Below, piece by piece: positions 25,525 to 26,890 of a stretch of 26,890 nt of DNA (its first letter is position 1; every line of letters starts with the position of its first letter). This stretch comes from a virus (taxonomy: Duplodnaviria > Caudoviricetes): the IMG/VR virus record IMGVR_UViG_3300036778_000027, positions 1-26,890 of that record; one strand, written 5' to 3'. The position numbers and the translations under genes are program-made. Under the pieces are notes generated by a model. That model was not told where the DNA came from and did not search any database. It worked only from the letters and a program-made list of their open reading frames with translations.

Positions 25525-26430
25525 TTAGACCCCCTGGTTGCCGTAGAGACCGCGCCAGTCCGCCCAGAACCCACTGTACCGCTCATAGCAGGCGGCCTTG
25601 GCGTTCTTGGTGTCGAAGTCGTTGTCTTGGTCGAAGCTGATCGGATCACGCTCGAAATACGTGAGGCTGTTCGGCACGTCGGTGCGGATGAAGTACGCCG
25701 TCGCGCTGGTCAGGTAGTGATTGACCACGATCCCCTTGGGGAACGCGCCGGTGGCCCGCAGCACGTTGATCGCGTTGTTCGCCGTGTCGTTCTGCAACAC
25801 CGAATTGTAGATACGATTTGCTTCGAACCACTGCTGCGGCGACACAATCAACGACATAGGCATGCCGCTGATCCGCATGCCGCGGTTGTTCTGCATCTGC
25901 ATGATCTGGATGACCAGGTCTTCCACGGCGGTCTCGGAAATATCCGCGGCCACACCGAGGTTGGACTGGTTACCCGACAGCGTCGGGTGCGCATTCGAGA
26001 TCAGCGAGACGCCGTCGCCGCCCAGCGCGGAGCCGGAGAAGGCGAGATTGTAGACGCCAGCGAGCACGTTCTCCTTGGTCTGGCGCATGGAGAACGCAAG
26101 CTGTGAGGCGCGCCGCTTCGAGACGGTCTCATAGAGATCGTCGCGCAACTCCTCGTACGTCACGATGTAGCCGAGCGCATAGGCCACGTGCGTGAAGCGC
26201 GAGACGGCACCCTGCGCCTCGATATCGTAGAAAATCTGGGTGCCCTGCGGCTTGACCGGAGCCAGCCCGAACCCGGTGATTTCGACTTCCTCTTCGTACG
26301 CCTTGTCGGAAGTCTGCTTGTCGAACAGGTCGGGATACTCGGGACGATGCTCCGTATAGGAGCGCCCCCACCAAGCCTTGATGCCGGGCCACAGAGCCTT
26401 TGGATGTGCGCCAGTGGTGATCGTTGCCAT
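25525..26430 (-). CDS. Major capsid protein (Mu gpT-like, HK97 fold)
   Basis: KALWPGI, SDKAYEEEV, GFGLAPVK, ALGYIVTYEELRDDLY, GGDGVSLISNAHP, DFDTKNAK...ERYSGFWADWRG; AGGAG RBS. Confidence 0.92.
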   Translation of the reverse strand: MATITTGAHPKALWPGIKAWWGRSYTEHRPEYPDLFDKQTSDKAYEEEVEITGFGLAPVKPQGTQIFYDIEAQGAVSRFTHVAYALGYIVTYEELRDDLYETVSKRRASQLAFSMRQTKENVLAGVYNLAFSGSALGGDGVSLISNAHPTLSGNQSNLGVAADISETAVEDLVIQIMQMQNNRGMRISGMPMSLIVSPQQWFEANRIYNSVLQNDTANNAINVLRATGAFPKGIVVNHYLTSATAYFIRTDVPNSLTYFERDPISFDQDNDFDTKNAKAACYERYSGFWADWRGLYGNQGV

Positions 26431-26448
26431 TGAACTTTCTCCTGGCGC

Positions 26449-26889
26449 CTAGGTGATCGAGGCCGCAGCGGTGAAGTACGAAATGCCCTGGTTGAGCTTC
26501 ACCAGCCACTTGGCGAAGTTGCCTATGGCGTTGTCGGTTTCCTGGAGAAGCTGGATCAGGCGCACCTGCTTGGTGCCGTCGCTGCCGCCCGACGCAACCG
26601 TGCTGCTGTCCAGCAGCCAGCCGGACTGGGAATAGATCGTGTTCCCGCTGCCCGCGATCAGGTTGCCGTTGGCGCCGGCCGAGGCGTCCGACGTGATCGC
26701 GCCGCCCACCGAATCCTCCTGGATCGCATAGAGGAGGAACGGATCGTCGCACACGTCGATATACGCCGCCTGCCCGGCCGCCAAGTACGGCGTCTGGTTT
26801 TGCAGGAGCGTGATCGTCTTCTGCCCGGCGTTGTTGGTGATGCCCTGGAACACGCCCAGGATGAAACCGCCCGCGCCTGCCGTGGCAAT
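26449..26889 (-). CDS. Capsid decoration/cement protein, 5'-truncated by the window edge
   Basis: Frame is open to the window end (IATAGAGGFILGVFQG); VCDDPFLLYAIQED, DNAIGNFAKWLVKLN; immediately upstream of the MCP gene. Confidence 0.75.
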   Translation of the reverse strand: MATAGAGGFILGVFQGITNNAGQKTITLLQNQTPYLAAGQAAYIDVCDDPFLLYAIQEDSVGGAITSDASAGANGNLIAGSGNTIYSQSGWLLDSSTVASGGSDGTKQVRLIQLLQETDNAIGNFAKWLVKLNQGISYFTAAASIT

Positions 26890-26890
26890 C

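Noticed and set aside
25519-25530. MCP stop in frame with the next gene (TAA CCC ATG), suggesting a readthrough capsid extension
   Set aside because: One-in-three coincidence; TAA is rarely read through and the downstream gene has its own purine-rich RBS.
1-26890. CRISPR array, tRNA, integrase/att site, diversity-generating retroelement
   Set aside because: No regular repeats, cloverleaf, integrase, reverse transcriptase or TR/VR pair seen by eye; prophage versus free phage cannot be decided from this window.

Overview
GC-rich (roughly two-thirds G+C by eye) segment of a tailed-phage or prophage genome, probably a podovirus of Alphaproteobacteria (host is inferred). It has two convergent arms. 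Plus strand, 2-4631: early/recombination genes (coiled-coil protein, a DnaQ/DEDDh-like protein with degenerate catalytic motifs, RecT with a long C-terminal extension, four small ORFs). Minus strand, 26890 to 4537: a virion operon with P22-like gene order: decoration protein, major capsid, small head/neck proteins, repeat fibre, gp4-like adaptor, gp10-like tail hub, gp26-like needle, knob-like proteins, GNAT, three ejection proteins (one with a lysozyme-like domain), tail-collar fibre and a membrane protein. An antisense Gp49 + NUMOD4-HNH cassette sits between adaptor and hub. The most unusual part is the tail machine. The adaptor is a fused tandem duplicate. The hub gene is split into two ORFs inside a nested insertion: a ConA/LamG-like domain interrupted by an apparently circularly permuted SPRY-like domain. 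All family calls come from motif recognition and synteny; no database searches were run.
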